Below are positions 49,771 to 58,875 of a DNA stretch of 64,000 nucleotides, piece after piece; the first letter of the stretch is position 1; each line of letters begins with the position of its first letter. The position numbers were made by a program, and so were the translations under genes. Origin of the DNA: Parcubacteria group bacterium (GTDB lineage: Bacteria; Patescibacteriota; Minisyncoccia; Moranbacterales; GCA-2747515); contig JBAZXC010000001.1 of assembly GCA_041660065.1 (NCBI GenBank), forward strand, positions 136,535 to 200,534, given 5' to 3'. The notes beneath the pieces are model-generated. The model was not told the DNA's origin. It worked only from the letters and a program-made list of their open reading frames with translations, and did not search any database.

Positions 49771-49949
49771 TATTCCATATAACTGGTTATCATGCAAAAT
49801 TTCAATCGTATAATAGCTCAAATTTGTATGTTATGCGAACATTTGGTATCACTTCTCATATTTGATCTATGGGCAAAATATACCATATTATTTATGAGTC
49901 TCCAAGTTCGTTGCTGGTTGATTTCTTGCACAAACGGTTGATGTATGGT

Positions 49950-50200
49950 ACAGTGTGAAGTACGATGCCGATGAAACTGCTGACACAGTGGAGGCAAAAG
50001 GAAGAAATTTTGTCGCAAAACGATTGAAAGAGTAGAACCTTTCGGGTATGCCCGTTATAGCAAACTGATAAAGTGAGTGATCCGCAATACACTGTGATCA
50101 CTAAAAACGGTGGTACCACGGTTTTTTACCAAAAAAGATCGTCCGTTGGGAGCAAATACGTTTGTTTTCGGCGGACGGTTTTTTGGTCACAAATCTTATC
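49950..50200 (+). promoter_or_regulatory. T-box riboswitch leader of aspS (candidate Asp GAC specifier)
   Basis: AGTAGA box (50030-50035). F-box CCCGTTA (50051-50057). T-box core AAAAACGGTGGTACCACGG (50103-50121). Terminator hairpin CGTCCG…CGGACG plus TTTTTT (50143-50190). Candidate specifier GAC followed by A at 49982-49985. The track's N-terminal extension of aspS (50073-50216) is this leader translated. Confidence 0.5.
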
Positions 50201-50216
50201 TGGTAAGAATAAAAAT

Positions 50217-51989
50217 ATGCTACGAACACATACATGTGGAGAATTAACACATAAAGATATCGGACAAAAAGTTACCTTGTCCGGCTGGGTGCATCGTCGC
50301 CGTGATCATGGCGGTGTGATCTTCATCGATCTGCGTGATCGCTATGGATTGACGCAAATCACGTTCAATCCAGAGCGCGGTGCGGATGTGCATGCGCATG
50401 CGGACAAATTACGCAATGAATGGGTAATTCAAGTGGAGGGAGAAGTCATCGCGCGTCCGGATGATATGATCAACAAAAATCTCCAGACAGGTGAGATCGA
50501 GATCGAGATCAGTGCGCTTGTTGTCCTCAATAAGTCCAAGACGCCACCGTTTGAAATCGGCGATGATAAACTTGAAGCCAATGAAGCGATCCGTCTCAAG
50601 TATCGGTATTTGGACTTGCGTCGCTCGAAATTGCAAAACATGCTTGTGCAAAAAGACAAATTTATCAGCGACATACGCACATTTTTCCATGCGAAAGGTT
50701 TTTGTGAAGTGCAAACGCCGATCCTCGCGAACTCGTCACCGGAAGGTGCGCGAGATTGGCTTATTCCATCTCGCTTATACCATGGGAAGTTTTATGCATT
50801 GCCACAAGCACCGCAACAGTTCAAGCAATTATTGATGGTGGGCGGTGTGGACAAGTATTTCCAGATCGCGCCGTGTTTTCGTGATGAGGATCCGCGGATG
50901 GATCGTCACTTCGGTGAGTTTTATCAGTTGGATTTTGAGATGAGCTTTGTGGAGCAGGCGGATATTTTTGCACTGATGCAAGAATTGTGGATCGATCTGA
51001 CGAAAAAATACAGTACAAAAACACTTGTCTTTACCGATTTCCCGCAGATTCCATGGAAGGATGCGATGAACCGTTATGGGTCCGACAAACCGGATTTGCG
51101 ATTTGATCTCGAAATCGTTGACGTATCGCATCTTGTCAAAGAGTGTTGTTTTGCCGTCTTTGGCAAAGCATGCGAAAGTGGCGGCGTGGTGCATGCGTTG
51201 AAAGTGGATGGTGGCGGTACGGCATTCTCCCGCAAAAATATCGATGATCTCACAGAGTTAGCCAAGACAAAGGGCGCGAAGGGATTAGCATACATTGTTG
51301 TCAAAGAAAACGAATTACAGTCACCGATCGTGAAATTCCTCGGTGAAGATGTGGCACAAGCAATTGTTGTACATGTAAAAGCGCGTCCGGGTGACATCAT
51401 CTTTTTTGGTGCGGACTCATGGCGTGTTGTGTGCGAGAGTTTGGGTGTGGTACGCAACAAATGTGGCGATATGCTCGGACTCAAAGATCCGACAAAAGCG
51501 GCGTGGGCCTGGGTTGTGGATTTCCCGATGTATGATTACTCGGAGATCGAGGATGGACGCATTGATTTTTCTCATAATCCTTTTTCTATGCCACAAGGTG
51601 GAATGGAAGCACTTACTACTCAGGATCCGATGGATATTGTGGCGTATCAATTTGATCTTGTACTCAACGGCTTTGAGGTCTCAAGCGGAGCGATTCGTAA
51701 CCATGATCCTGAGATCATGTATGCGGCATTTGCGATCGCGGGGTATAGCAGAGAAGATGTTGATGCAAAATTCGGACACATGGTGGAAGCATTTAAGTAT
51801 GGTGCGCCGCCACATGGTGGCAGTGCGCCGGGAATCGACCGTGCGTTTATGGTGTTGACTGACTGTGATTCGATCCGTGATATCTATGCGTTTCCCAAAG
51901 ATGGGCAAGGACGCGATGCGATGCTGGATTCACCGTCGTTTGTTGATCCAAAGCAATTGGAAGAACTGGGGATCAAGATCGTGGAATAA
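50217..51989 (+). CDS. aspS: Aspartyl-tRNA synthetase
   Basis: MLRTHTCGELTHKDIGQKVTLSGWVHRRRDHGGVIFIDLRDRYG… (compare E. coli [43 protein letters not shown]). Class II motifs 1-3 (…FRDED…, …GGSAPGIDR…). Confidence 0.9.
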   Translation: MLRTHTCGELTHKDIGQKVTLSGWVHRRRDHGGVIFIDLRDRYGLTQITFNPERGADVHAHADKLRNEWVIQVEGEVIARPDDMINKNLQTGEIEIEISALVVLNKSKTPPFEIGDDKLEANEAIRLKYRYLDLRRSKLQNMLVQKDKFISDIRTFFHAKGFCEVQTPILANSSPEGARDWLIPSRLYHGKFYALPQAPQQFKQLLMVGGVDKYFQIAPCFRDEDPRMDRHFGEFYQLDFEMSFVEQADIFALMQELWIDLTKKYSTKTLVFTDFPQIPWKDAMNRYGSDKPDLRFDLEIVDVSHLVKECCFAVFGKACESGGVVHALKVDGGGTAFSRKNIDDLTELAKTKGAKGLAYIVVKENELQSPIVKFLGEDVAQAIVVHVKARPGDIIFFGADSWRVVCESLGVVRNKCGDMLGLKDPTKAAWAWVVDFPMYDYSEIEDGRIDFSHNPFSMPQGGMEALTTQDPMDIVAYQFDLVLNGFEVSSGAIRNHDPEIMYAAFAIAGYSREDVDAKFGHMVEAFKYGAPPHGGSAPGIDRAFMVLTDCDSIRDIYAFPKDGQGRDAMLDSPSFVDPKQLEELGIKIVE

Positions 51990-52010
51990 TTTTTTGTTGG
52001 AAGTAAAAAT

Positions 52011-52973
52011 ATGATCATTGATGATGTAACGATTGATGTAAAGGCGGGTCGTGGAGGGGATGGCGTGGCGCTTTTTGCGCGCGCAAAATTCGATCAGGGT
52101 CCGACTGGCGGAAATGGCGGACGCGGTGGCAACGTTTTACTCAAAGGTGTTTCCGATTTGGGTGCCCTTCGACCGTTTCGCTCGACCAAAAATGTAAAAG
52201 CGGAGGCGGGAAAGAATGGGGAACAAAACACCTGCACGGGTGCTGATGGCGCAGGGGTTACGATCTCTGTCCCGGTGGGAACGGTTGCACATGACCTGAC
52301 GCATGACAAAATATATGAGATCATTTCTGTCGGTCAAAAGGTTGTGGTGGCAAAAGGGGGAAATGGCGGTTTCGGCAATCATCATTTTCGTTCCAGTCGA
52401 AACACATCGCCAAAAATAGCCAAAGCGGGTCAGGAAGGGGAACACATCCGATTGCGTCTGGAGTTAAAGATGATCGCTGACGTGGGATTTGTGGGTTATC
52501 CCAATGTGGGCAAGTCCAGTTTGCTCAATGAGCTTACCAATGCGCAGAGCAAAGTTGCCAATTATAATTTCACGACGTTGGAACCGCATCTTGGTGTGTA
52601 TTATGATCTTATTCTGGCGGATATTCCGGGATTGATCGAAGGCGCGGCAGAGGGGAAAGGTCTGGGGCATAAATTTTTGCGACACATTGAGCGTACGTGC
52701 ATCCTTTTTCACTTCATTGCGGCGACAAGCACGCGTCCTGTAGCGGATTATCGTGCAATTCGCAAAGAATTACACAAATTCAATCCGTTGTTGTCTGAAA
52801 AACCGGAATGGATCGTTGTAAGCAAGACGGATGAATGCACGGAAAAGAAAGTTCAATCTGTGGTGAAAAAATTACAAAAGGTCAATCCGCATGTCGTGAC
52901 AGTGTCGATCTTGGATGATACAATGATGACGGATATTAAAAAGATCTTGAACGATATCAAAGATCACAAGTAA
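52011..52973 (+). CDS. obg: GTPase Obg/CgtA (short form)
   Basis: Obg fold with the glycine-rich repeats (GGDGV…GGNGGRGGNV). G domain GYPNVGKSSLLNELT, DIPGLIEGA, SKTD. Confidence 0.9.
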   Translation: MIIDDVTIDVKAGRGGDGVALFARAKFDQGPTGGNGGRGGNVLLKGVSDLGALRPFRSTKNVKAEAGKNGEQNTCTGADGAGVTISVPVGTVAHDLTHDKIYEIISVGQKVVVAKGGNGGFGNHHFRSSRNTSPKIAKAGQEGEHIRLRLELKMIADVGFVGYPNVGKSSLLNELTNAQSKVANYNFTTLEPHLGVYYDLILADIPGLIEGAAEGKGLGHKFLRHIERTCILFHFIAATSTRPVADYRAIRKELHKFNPLLSEKPEWIVVSKTDECTEKKVQSVVKKLQKVNPHVVTVSILDDTMMTDIKKILNDIKDHK

Positions 52974-52979
52974 TTCATC

Positions 52980-54080
52980 ATGCTGAATATGAAAAAGATC
53001 ATCTCTATATGTATTGCAGGCGTGGTTGTTTTATGGGGTGGTCTTTTTGCATTTTATATGTGGCACGTGTACACAGATCATGTGCAAACACGACAAAATC
53101 TTGCAGAGGCACAAAGGGTAAGCGACGCGATTCCTCTGTGGCACAAAAAGATCGCAACAAATCAACAGATCAAGATCGGCATGATCACTGACACACACGT
53201 GCATCCCTCCAGGATCAATAGGGGTGATGAACGCCCGAATGCGCCCCGGTATCTTGACGGTAAAGATAAAAGGACTATTGGTCAATTTGTGCAGCAAATG
53301 AATGTCTTTCACCCTGACTTTGTCGTGCATTTGGGAGATGTGATCGAGGGTACAAAAGATAGTGATTTTATCGGTATGCAGGGATTACAGTTGGTGTCCG
53401 AGGAATTACAAAAAGGAAATGTCCCTGTGTATTGGGCGATCGGCAATCACGATTTGCGCAGTGTCACAAAAGAACAATTTCGCGATACGCTTGGCATGAG
53501 CGCATTGGATCAGGTTTTTGATGCAGGTGATTATCGTTTCATCATTCTTGATGCAAGCTATAATTTTGAAGACCTTCCGACATCCCCGGGTGTAAATTCG
53601 TATGTTCCGGGGAAATTGCCACCACAGACGTTGGCGTGGTTCAAAAAGCAATTGGAAACGGATAAGCGTGTGTTTGTGTTTATCCATCAAGGAACATTTT
53701 TGCAAAATATACCCGGTGATTCGGAAATACAAGAAGACGAAGCAGTTGAAAGTGAAAATGAAGAAGAATTAAATGAAGAAAACATCAATGGCATAGAGTA
53801 TAATATGAAAGGCTCTATCGCAAATGCGCAAGAACTTAGTGATATCCTCAAAGACTATCGCGTTGATGCGATATTTAACGGACACATGGAAGCGCGTGCG
53901 TATGAGGTGATCGATCATACGGCGCATTATTCTTTGACAGGTACAGAAAAAAGCGAAACATATCCCGCGTCATTTTATGAGTTGACGATCAGTGGGGGCG
54001 TGCCAAGCGTGACCATGTATTATACATCGCCGATCGATCGCAAACAGCATGTGGTATATTTTGAAAGTGGTGAGAAATGA
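52980..54080 (+). CDS. Calcineurin-like metallophosphoesterase, membrane-anchored
   Basis: N-terminal TM. Metal-binding motifs GMITDTHV, GDVIEG, GNHD, GHMEA. Confidence 0.7.
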   Translation: MLNMKKIISICIAGVVVLWGGLFAFYMWHVYTDHVQTRQNLAEAQRVSDAIPLWHKKIATNQQIKIGMITDTHVHPSRINRGDERPNAPRYLDGKDKRTIGQFVQQMNVFHPDFVVHLGDVIEGTKDSDFIGMQGLQLVSEELQKGNVPVYWAIGNHDLRSVTKEQFRDTLGMSALDQVFDAGDYRFIILDASYNFEDLPTSPGVNSYVPGKLPPQTLAWFKKQLETDKRVFVFIHQGTFLQNIPGDSEIQEDEAVESENEEELNEENINGIEYNMKGSIANAQELSDILKDYRVDAIFNGHMEARAYEVIDHTAHYSLTGTEKSETYPASFYELTISGGVPSVTMYYTSPIDRKQHVVYFESGEK

Positions 54081-54122
54081 CCAGTGATTTTAATACGCAT
54101 AACATCATAATAATGACATAAT

Positions 54123-55151
54123 ATGGATACATTGTGGAACATAATCATCGTACTTGCTATATACATTGTGTTTATTCGCAAGATACTTCGCGCACAGATC
54201 ATCAAAAATCCGCAGTCACCGCGTTTTGTCTACATTCTCTATAATCCGATCAAAGAGTTGATCAGTTATGCAGGAGGCGCAAAAAGCAATATCAAAACAG
54301 CATCATTTACATCTAAGAATACATCTATGTTTAATATCAAGGGAAAGATTTTGTGGATCGCGGGTATCATTTTAATTATTGTGATCGTGATGAATATTTT
54401 TATCGTGATCCCCGCAGGGCAGACAGGTGTGCGCACATTGTTTGGACGTGTCAATGAGAAAGAAATGTCGTCAGGGTTGCATATCATCGATCCGTTGGAA
54501 AATGTGGAGCGTATGAGCATTCGTACAGAAGAATACACGATGAGTATCACGCAGGGTGAAGGACAAAAATCCGGAGCAGATCAGATCACAGCGCTCACAA
54601 ATGAAGGATTGCAGGTTGATCTCGATATTACGGTTTTTTATCATCTTGATGAAGAGAGTGCATCGGACGTGTACAAAAATCTTGGCGTGAATTATCAGGA
54701 AAAAATTATCCGTCCGGAAATTCGTTCTGCGATCCGTGAAGTTGTGGCGCGATATAATGCCAAGGATATCTATAGTGAGAAACGCAATGAAGTAGCCGAT
54801 GGCATTCGCACAAAATTGTCTGAGACGATCGACCCGCGCGGTATTATGGTGGAGCAAGTGTTGTTGCGCAATGTGACACTTCCGGCAAGTCTTTCAAAAA
54901 GTATTCAGGAAAAATTGCAAGCAGAGCAAGAATCGCAACGCTATGAATTTGTGTTGCAAAAAGAGACAAAAGAAGCGGAGCGCAAACGCGTAGAGGCGGC
55001 GGGACAGCGTGATTCGCAAGCGATCATCAATGAATCGCTCAGTGCAAAATATCTCCAATATCTCTACATCAAAGAACTCAAAGATCGCCAAGGAACGATC
55101 TATGTGCCGACCGGTGCTGACGGGTTGCCGATCTTTAAGAGCGTAGAATAA
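54123..55151 (+). CDS. SPFH/Band-7 (prohibitin/HflC-like) membrane protein
   Basis: …IPAGQTGVRTLFGRV… is an SPFH domain. A C-terminal coiled coil is rich in EAERKR. The true start may be the internal Met near 54327 (MFNIKGKILWIAG…). Confidence 0.75.
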   Translation: MDTLWNIIIVLAIYIVFIRKILRAQIIKNPQSPRFVYILYNPIKELISYAGGAKSNIKTASFTSKNTSMFNIKGKILWIAGIILIIVIVMNIFIVIPAGQTGVRTLFGRVNEKEMSSGLHIIDPLENVERMSIRTEEYTMSITQGEGQKSGADQITALTNEGLQVDLDITVFYHLDEESASDVYKNLGVNYQEKIIRPEIRSAIREVVARYNAKDIYSEKRNEVADGIRTKLSETIDPRGIMVEQVLLRNVTLPASLSKSIQEKLQAEQESQRYEFVLQKETKEAERKRVEAAGQRDSQAIINESLSAKYLQYLYIKELKDRQGTIYVPTGADGLPIFKSVE

Positions 55152-55178
55152 AGGTCTTTTGTTTTTGTCAAAAAAACC

Positions 55179-55484
55179 ATGAAATGTCATGCAAAAGTTG
55201 GTGGGCGACCGGGCAAGCCGGCATATCGCACGCCGTCCACATTTCAAGCGAAAGTGTATGCTGTGGTCAAAAAGATCCCAAAGGGTGAGACGATGACATA
55301 TAAACAAGTGGCGCAACATATTGACCAGCCTCGCGCATATCGCGCCGTCGGAAATGCGCTCAATAAAAATTATGATCCTGCCATTCCGTGTCACCGCGTT
55401 GTCCGTAGCGATGGAACGATCGGCGGTTATAATCGTGGCAGTCAAAAAAAGAAAGATATTCTCGCAAAAGAAAAAGATGCGTAG
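55179..55484 (+). CDS. MGMT-family protein (methylated-DNA-protein-cysteine methyltransferase DNA-binding domain, PCHRV motif present)
   Basis: …IPKGETMTYKQVAQHIDQPRAYRAVGNALNKN…IPCHRVVRSDGTIGGY… The active-site PCHR is conserved. It is only 101 aa and lacks an N-terminal domain. Confidence 0.65.
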   Translation: MKCHAKVGGRPGKPAYRTPSTFQAKVYAVVKKIPKGETMTYKQVAQHIDQPRAYRAVGNALNKNYDPAIPCHRVVRSDGTIGGYNRGSQKKKDILAKEKDA

Positions 55485-55528
55485 AAACATTTTGTTACAA
55501 GTGCAAAAAAATCTGGTATACTAGTATC

Positions 55529-57607
55529 ATGAAACAAAAATTTGAACGATTGTTCAAACCGCGTTCGATCGCAGTTGTCGGTGCAAGTGATGTGCAAGGG
55601 AAGGTGGGACATATGATCGCACAAAATCTCATCGCACACTCCTATCAAGGAGCAGTGTATTTTGTCAATCCTGCGCGCAACACAATTCTCGATCAGACGT
55701 GTTATCCCACTTTGGCAGATCTGCCAAAGAAAGTGGACTGTGCCATCATCGCCGTACCGGCGCATCTCGTGTATGACATTATCCATCACGGCAAAGAACG
55801 GTGCAAAAATTTTGTTGTGATCTCGGCGGGATTTGGTGAAACGGGCATAGCGGGACACAATCAGGAAATGCAACTCGCAACTTTCGCACAAGAGCACGAT
55901 ATCACGATCTTGGGTCCGAATTGTTTGGGATTTCTTGTACCGCCGCTTGGCGTAAATGCCTCGTTTGCGCCAGGGTTACCGCATGAGGGAAACATTGCTC
56001 TTATCTCTCAATCAGGTGCGCTTGCTGTGGCGGCAATGGACAAAGCGCAAGAGGAACACATTGGTTTTTCGGCTGTTGTATCAACGGGAAATGAGATGCT
56101 TGTGACTGCGGCAGATCTCGTCAGGTATTTTGCCGATGATACGGCAACAAAAACGATCATTTTGTACATGGAGGGTGTCGTGCGGGGCGAAGATTTCCTC
56201 CATGCAGTGCGCTATGCGAGAGAAAAAGACAAGACGGTCGCAGTGCTCAAAGCGGGACGTACGGACGACGCGCAAAAAGCGATTGCTCTTCACACGGGCT
56301 CTCTTGCAGGCAGTGATGAGATCTTTGGCTCTGCGTTAAAAAAGGCCGGTGGCATACGACTGCAAACGATCGAAGAACTTTTTGCGACAATGGTGTATGT
56401 ATCGCATTATGAGATCTTTAAAAAGGATGAAATTCATATAGGTATCGTGACAAATGCGGGTGGTCCCGGCGTACTTACTACCGATGCCATCGCGGAATTA
56501 TGCGGTTTGCGCATGAGCGTATTGAGTGCAAAAACAAAAAAAGATCTCCTGCACACTTTGCCGCAGGCGGCATCGGTGCACAATCCTGTCGATGTACTTG
56601 GTGATGCGGGCGTAGAGCGCTATTCTGCCGGCATGCAGGCAGTTATTTCCGATAAAAATACAGACATTGTCATCGCACTCTTGACGCCACAAGCTCAAAC
56701 GCCGGTAATGGATATTGCACGAGGCATCGTCGCATTTTGCAAAGAAAATAAAAAACAGGTCATCGCGTCATTTGTCGGGGGAGAGCGTGTTGCAGGAGCT
56801 GTCGCATACTTGCGTGATAATGGTGTCGTGCACTATGCTTCTTTGCAATGCATCTTGGATGTACTTGCGCGTTTTACAGAAAAGCAGACACACTATCGTT
56901 ATCCGGTGACGAGAAGCGGCGCGCGTGAGCGCAAAAAAGAAATGACGAAAGTATTGTCCGGTGCAAAAGATCGCGGAGCCCTCTATTTTGAAGAATGTGC
57001 GACTGTTGCGCAGATCTATGGTATATCAGTGAGCAGATTTTTTGATATCACTAAAGGATTGTCAGCGCAGCAAAGGATCGCGTATCCGTGTGTTGCCAAA
57101 ATTGACGATCCACACGTATTGCACAAGACTGATCGTGGCGGTGTGATCTTGCCGATCCGCAATCTGGCGGAACTTCATCGTGCGCAATCGCATCTTCTCC
57201 ATCTGTTTGCCTCACGCAGTGCGCGTGTCATTGTCCAACCGCTTCTGCCGATCAAGATGGAATTGATCATCGGCATGAAAAGGGATCCAAAGTTTGGTGT
57301 GGTTGTCATCGTGGGACTTGGTGGCATATACGCAGAGGTTTTTCGTGTGACAGAATTTTTTATTGCGCCACTTTCGATCGCAGAGATCAGAGACATCCTC
57401 TTGCACGGATCACTTGGATTTTTGTTTGCAAAAACGCGCGGGATGCATGCATATCACCTTGAAGTGGTTGCGCACTCTGTTTTGCAGGTGTCTCTTATTG
57501 GTGTGGAAAATGCGGTGGTGCAGGCTATCGATATAAATCCGTTTTTGGTTTATAATGACGATAGAGAAGATGTCGCTGTGGATTTTAAAATAATTATAAA
57601 AAATTAA
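55529..57607 (+). CDS. Acetyl/acyl-CoA synthetase (ADP-forming), fused alpha-beta type
   Basis: CoA-binding N-terminus (SIAVVGASDVQGKVGHMI…). Succinyl-CoA-synthetase-like ligase domain. C-terminal ATP-grasp. 692 aa. A TTGTTA-18-TATACT promoter sits at 55493. Confidence 0.8.
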   Translation: MKQKFERLFKPRSIAVVGASDVQGKVGHMIAQNLIAHSYQGAVYFVNPARNTILDQTCYPTLADLPKKVDCAIIAVPAHLVYDIIHHGKERCKNFVVISAGFGETGIAGHNQEMQLATFAQEHDITILGPNCLGFLVPPLGVNASFAPGLPHEGNIALISQSGALAVAAMDKAQEEHIGFSAVVSTGNEMLVTAADLVRYFADDTATKTIILYMEGVVRGEDFLHAVRYAREKDKTVAVLKAGRTDDAQKAIALHTGSLAGSDEIFGSALKKAGGIRLQTIEELFATMVYVSHYEIFKKDEIHIGIVTNAGGPGVLTTDAIAELCGLRMSVLSAKTKKDLLHTLPQAASVHNPVDVLGDAGVERYSAGMQAVISDKNTDIVIALLTPQAQTPVMDIARGIVAFCKENKKQVIASFVGGERVAGAVAYLRDNGVVHYASLQCILDVLARFTEKQTHYRYPVTRSGARERKKEMTKVLSGAKDRGALYFEECATVAQIYGISVSRFFDITKGLSAQQRIAYPCVAKIDDPHVLHKTDRGGVILPIRNLAELHRAQSHLLHLFASRSARVIVQPLLPIKMELIIGMKRDPKFGVVVIVGLGGIYAEVFRVTEFFIAPLSIAEIRDILLHGSLGFLFAKTRGMHAYHLEVVAHSVLQVSLIGVENAVVQAIDINPFLVYNDDREDVAVDFKIIIKN

Positions 57608-57619
57608 TAAGAGAAACAT

Positions 57620-58825
57620 ATGACTCTGCAAAATAAAAACAACCATTTTCTTGGCAAGCAAGATGATCATGTTGATAATGATGACGTTGTTGATATCTTC
57701 GATCAATATGGCGCAGGGGATGATGTGGGTACTGCTGTGACACCACAAACGCAAGATCTGTCTGATGAGCAAGTAGGGACTGTCGCGACAGAGGATCTCG
57801 TACAAGAAAAGGATCCTGTCGCATTTGTGGACGAATCCATGACAGAGGAAAACGGCAATGACGCGTCTGTTGCACCGCATGTGCCTTTGGATGAAAAGAA
57901 ATGGGAAGCGGATTATGAGGGTGGTAAAGAAAAAATCGTTGCGCAACCGATCGTAAGTGAACCGGTGGTGGAAACGGCGCCATTGCCCGATGTACCGAAA
58001 AAACAAGAAAAAGTCATAGAAAGTGAAGAAAAAAAAGATGATGCACCAAAAGCGGAAGAGCCGATTGCAGTGGTGCCGGAAGGAGAAGTGCCAAGTACGC
58101 CAGAGCCACCTGTGCATGTTTCAGAAAAACAGACAGAGCCGGTCGCCGCACCGCTCAAGGAAAACATGAACTCGGTGGTACAAGCGGAAAATCGTGAAGA
58201 TATCAAAAAAAGTTTTGTGCAATCACAAAAGCAAGTGACTTCTCGAAGGGTAAAGATCGATCCAAGCAAAAAAACGATTGCGATCGTTGATGATGATGTT
58301 GATACGCTTGATATGTATGCCAATATTTTTGAGATGGCGGACTACAACGTCATTTGTGCTTCCGATGGATTGGAAGCCTTGGGCATGATCAGCGAACACA
58401 CGCCACACGTGATCTTTACAGGTATCGTCATGCCACGTATGGATGGTTTTGCGATGATCGAGGCACTCAAACAAAACAAGCGTACTGCTGATATTCCTGT
58501 GGTGATCAATTCGCATCTCGGGAGAGAGACTGATCGCAAACGCGCTGAAGAATTGGGTGCGCGCGATTTCATCATTCGCGGGTTTACGCCACCACGTGAA
58601 GCGGTGGAACGTATCGGTGCATTGCTTTTGCGAAGCGAGTATATTTTTCGATTTGATATTCACGACACAGAAGCGCGGAAGCTCGTGAAGGATCTCGGTG
58701 CAAGTAATTTCTTTGTGTGTCCGCGCGGACAAGAGATGGTGCTTAAATTAAGTATTACTGATCCGAAGGAATTGCTGTTCTCTGCACGGTTTAGTTGCGT
58801 AGACCAAAAAACCGACAAAAAATAG
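57620..58825 (+). CDS. Response-regulator receiver (REC) domain protein with acidic low-complexity N-terminus
   Basis: REC: …KTIAIVDDDVDTLDMYANIFEMADYNVICASDGLEALGMISEHTPHVIFTGIVMPRMDGF…. The N-terminal 200 aa are D/E/P/V-rich. No DNA-binding output domain is recognised. Confidence 0.7.
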   Translation: MTLQNKNNHFLGKQDDHVDNDDVVDIFDQYGAGDDVGTAVTPQTQDLSDEQVGTVATEDLVQEKDPVAFVDESMTEENGNDASVAPHVPLDEKKWEADYEGGKEKIVAQPIVSEPVVETAPLPDVPKKQEKVIESEEKKDDAPKAEEPIAVVPEGEVPSTPEPPVHVSEKQTEPVAAPLKENMNSVVQAENREDIKKSFVQSQKQVTSRRVKIDPSKKTIAIVDDDVDTLDMYANIFEMADYNVICASDGLEALGMISEHTPHVIFTGIVMPRMDGFAMIEALKQNKRTADIPVVINSHLGRETDRKRAEELGARDFIIRGFTPPREAVERIGALLLRSEYIFRFDIHDTEARKLVKDLGASNFFVCPRGQEMVLKLSITDPKELLFSARFSCVDQKTDKK

Positions 58826-58875
58826 ATCATCATGTAAAATAGAAGGCAAAAAACAAGGAGAAAAGCCCTTGTTTT

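Noticed and set aside
50073-50216. N-terminal 48-codon extension of aspS in the ORF track
   Set aside because: Homology to AspRS begins at the ATG at 50217. The extension is an in-frame read-through of the T-box leader RNA.
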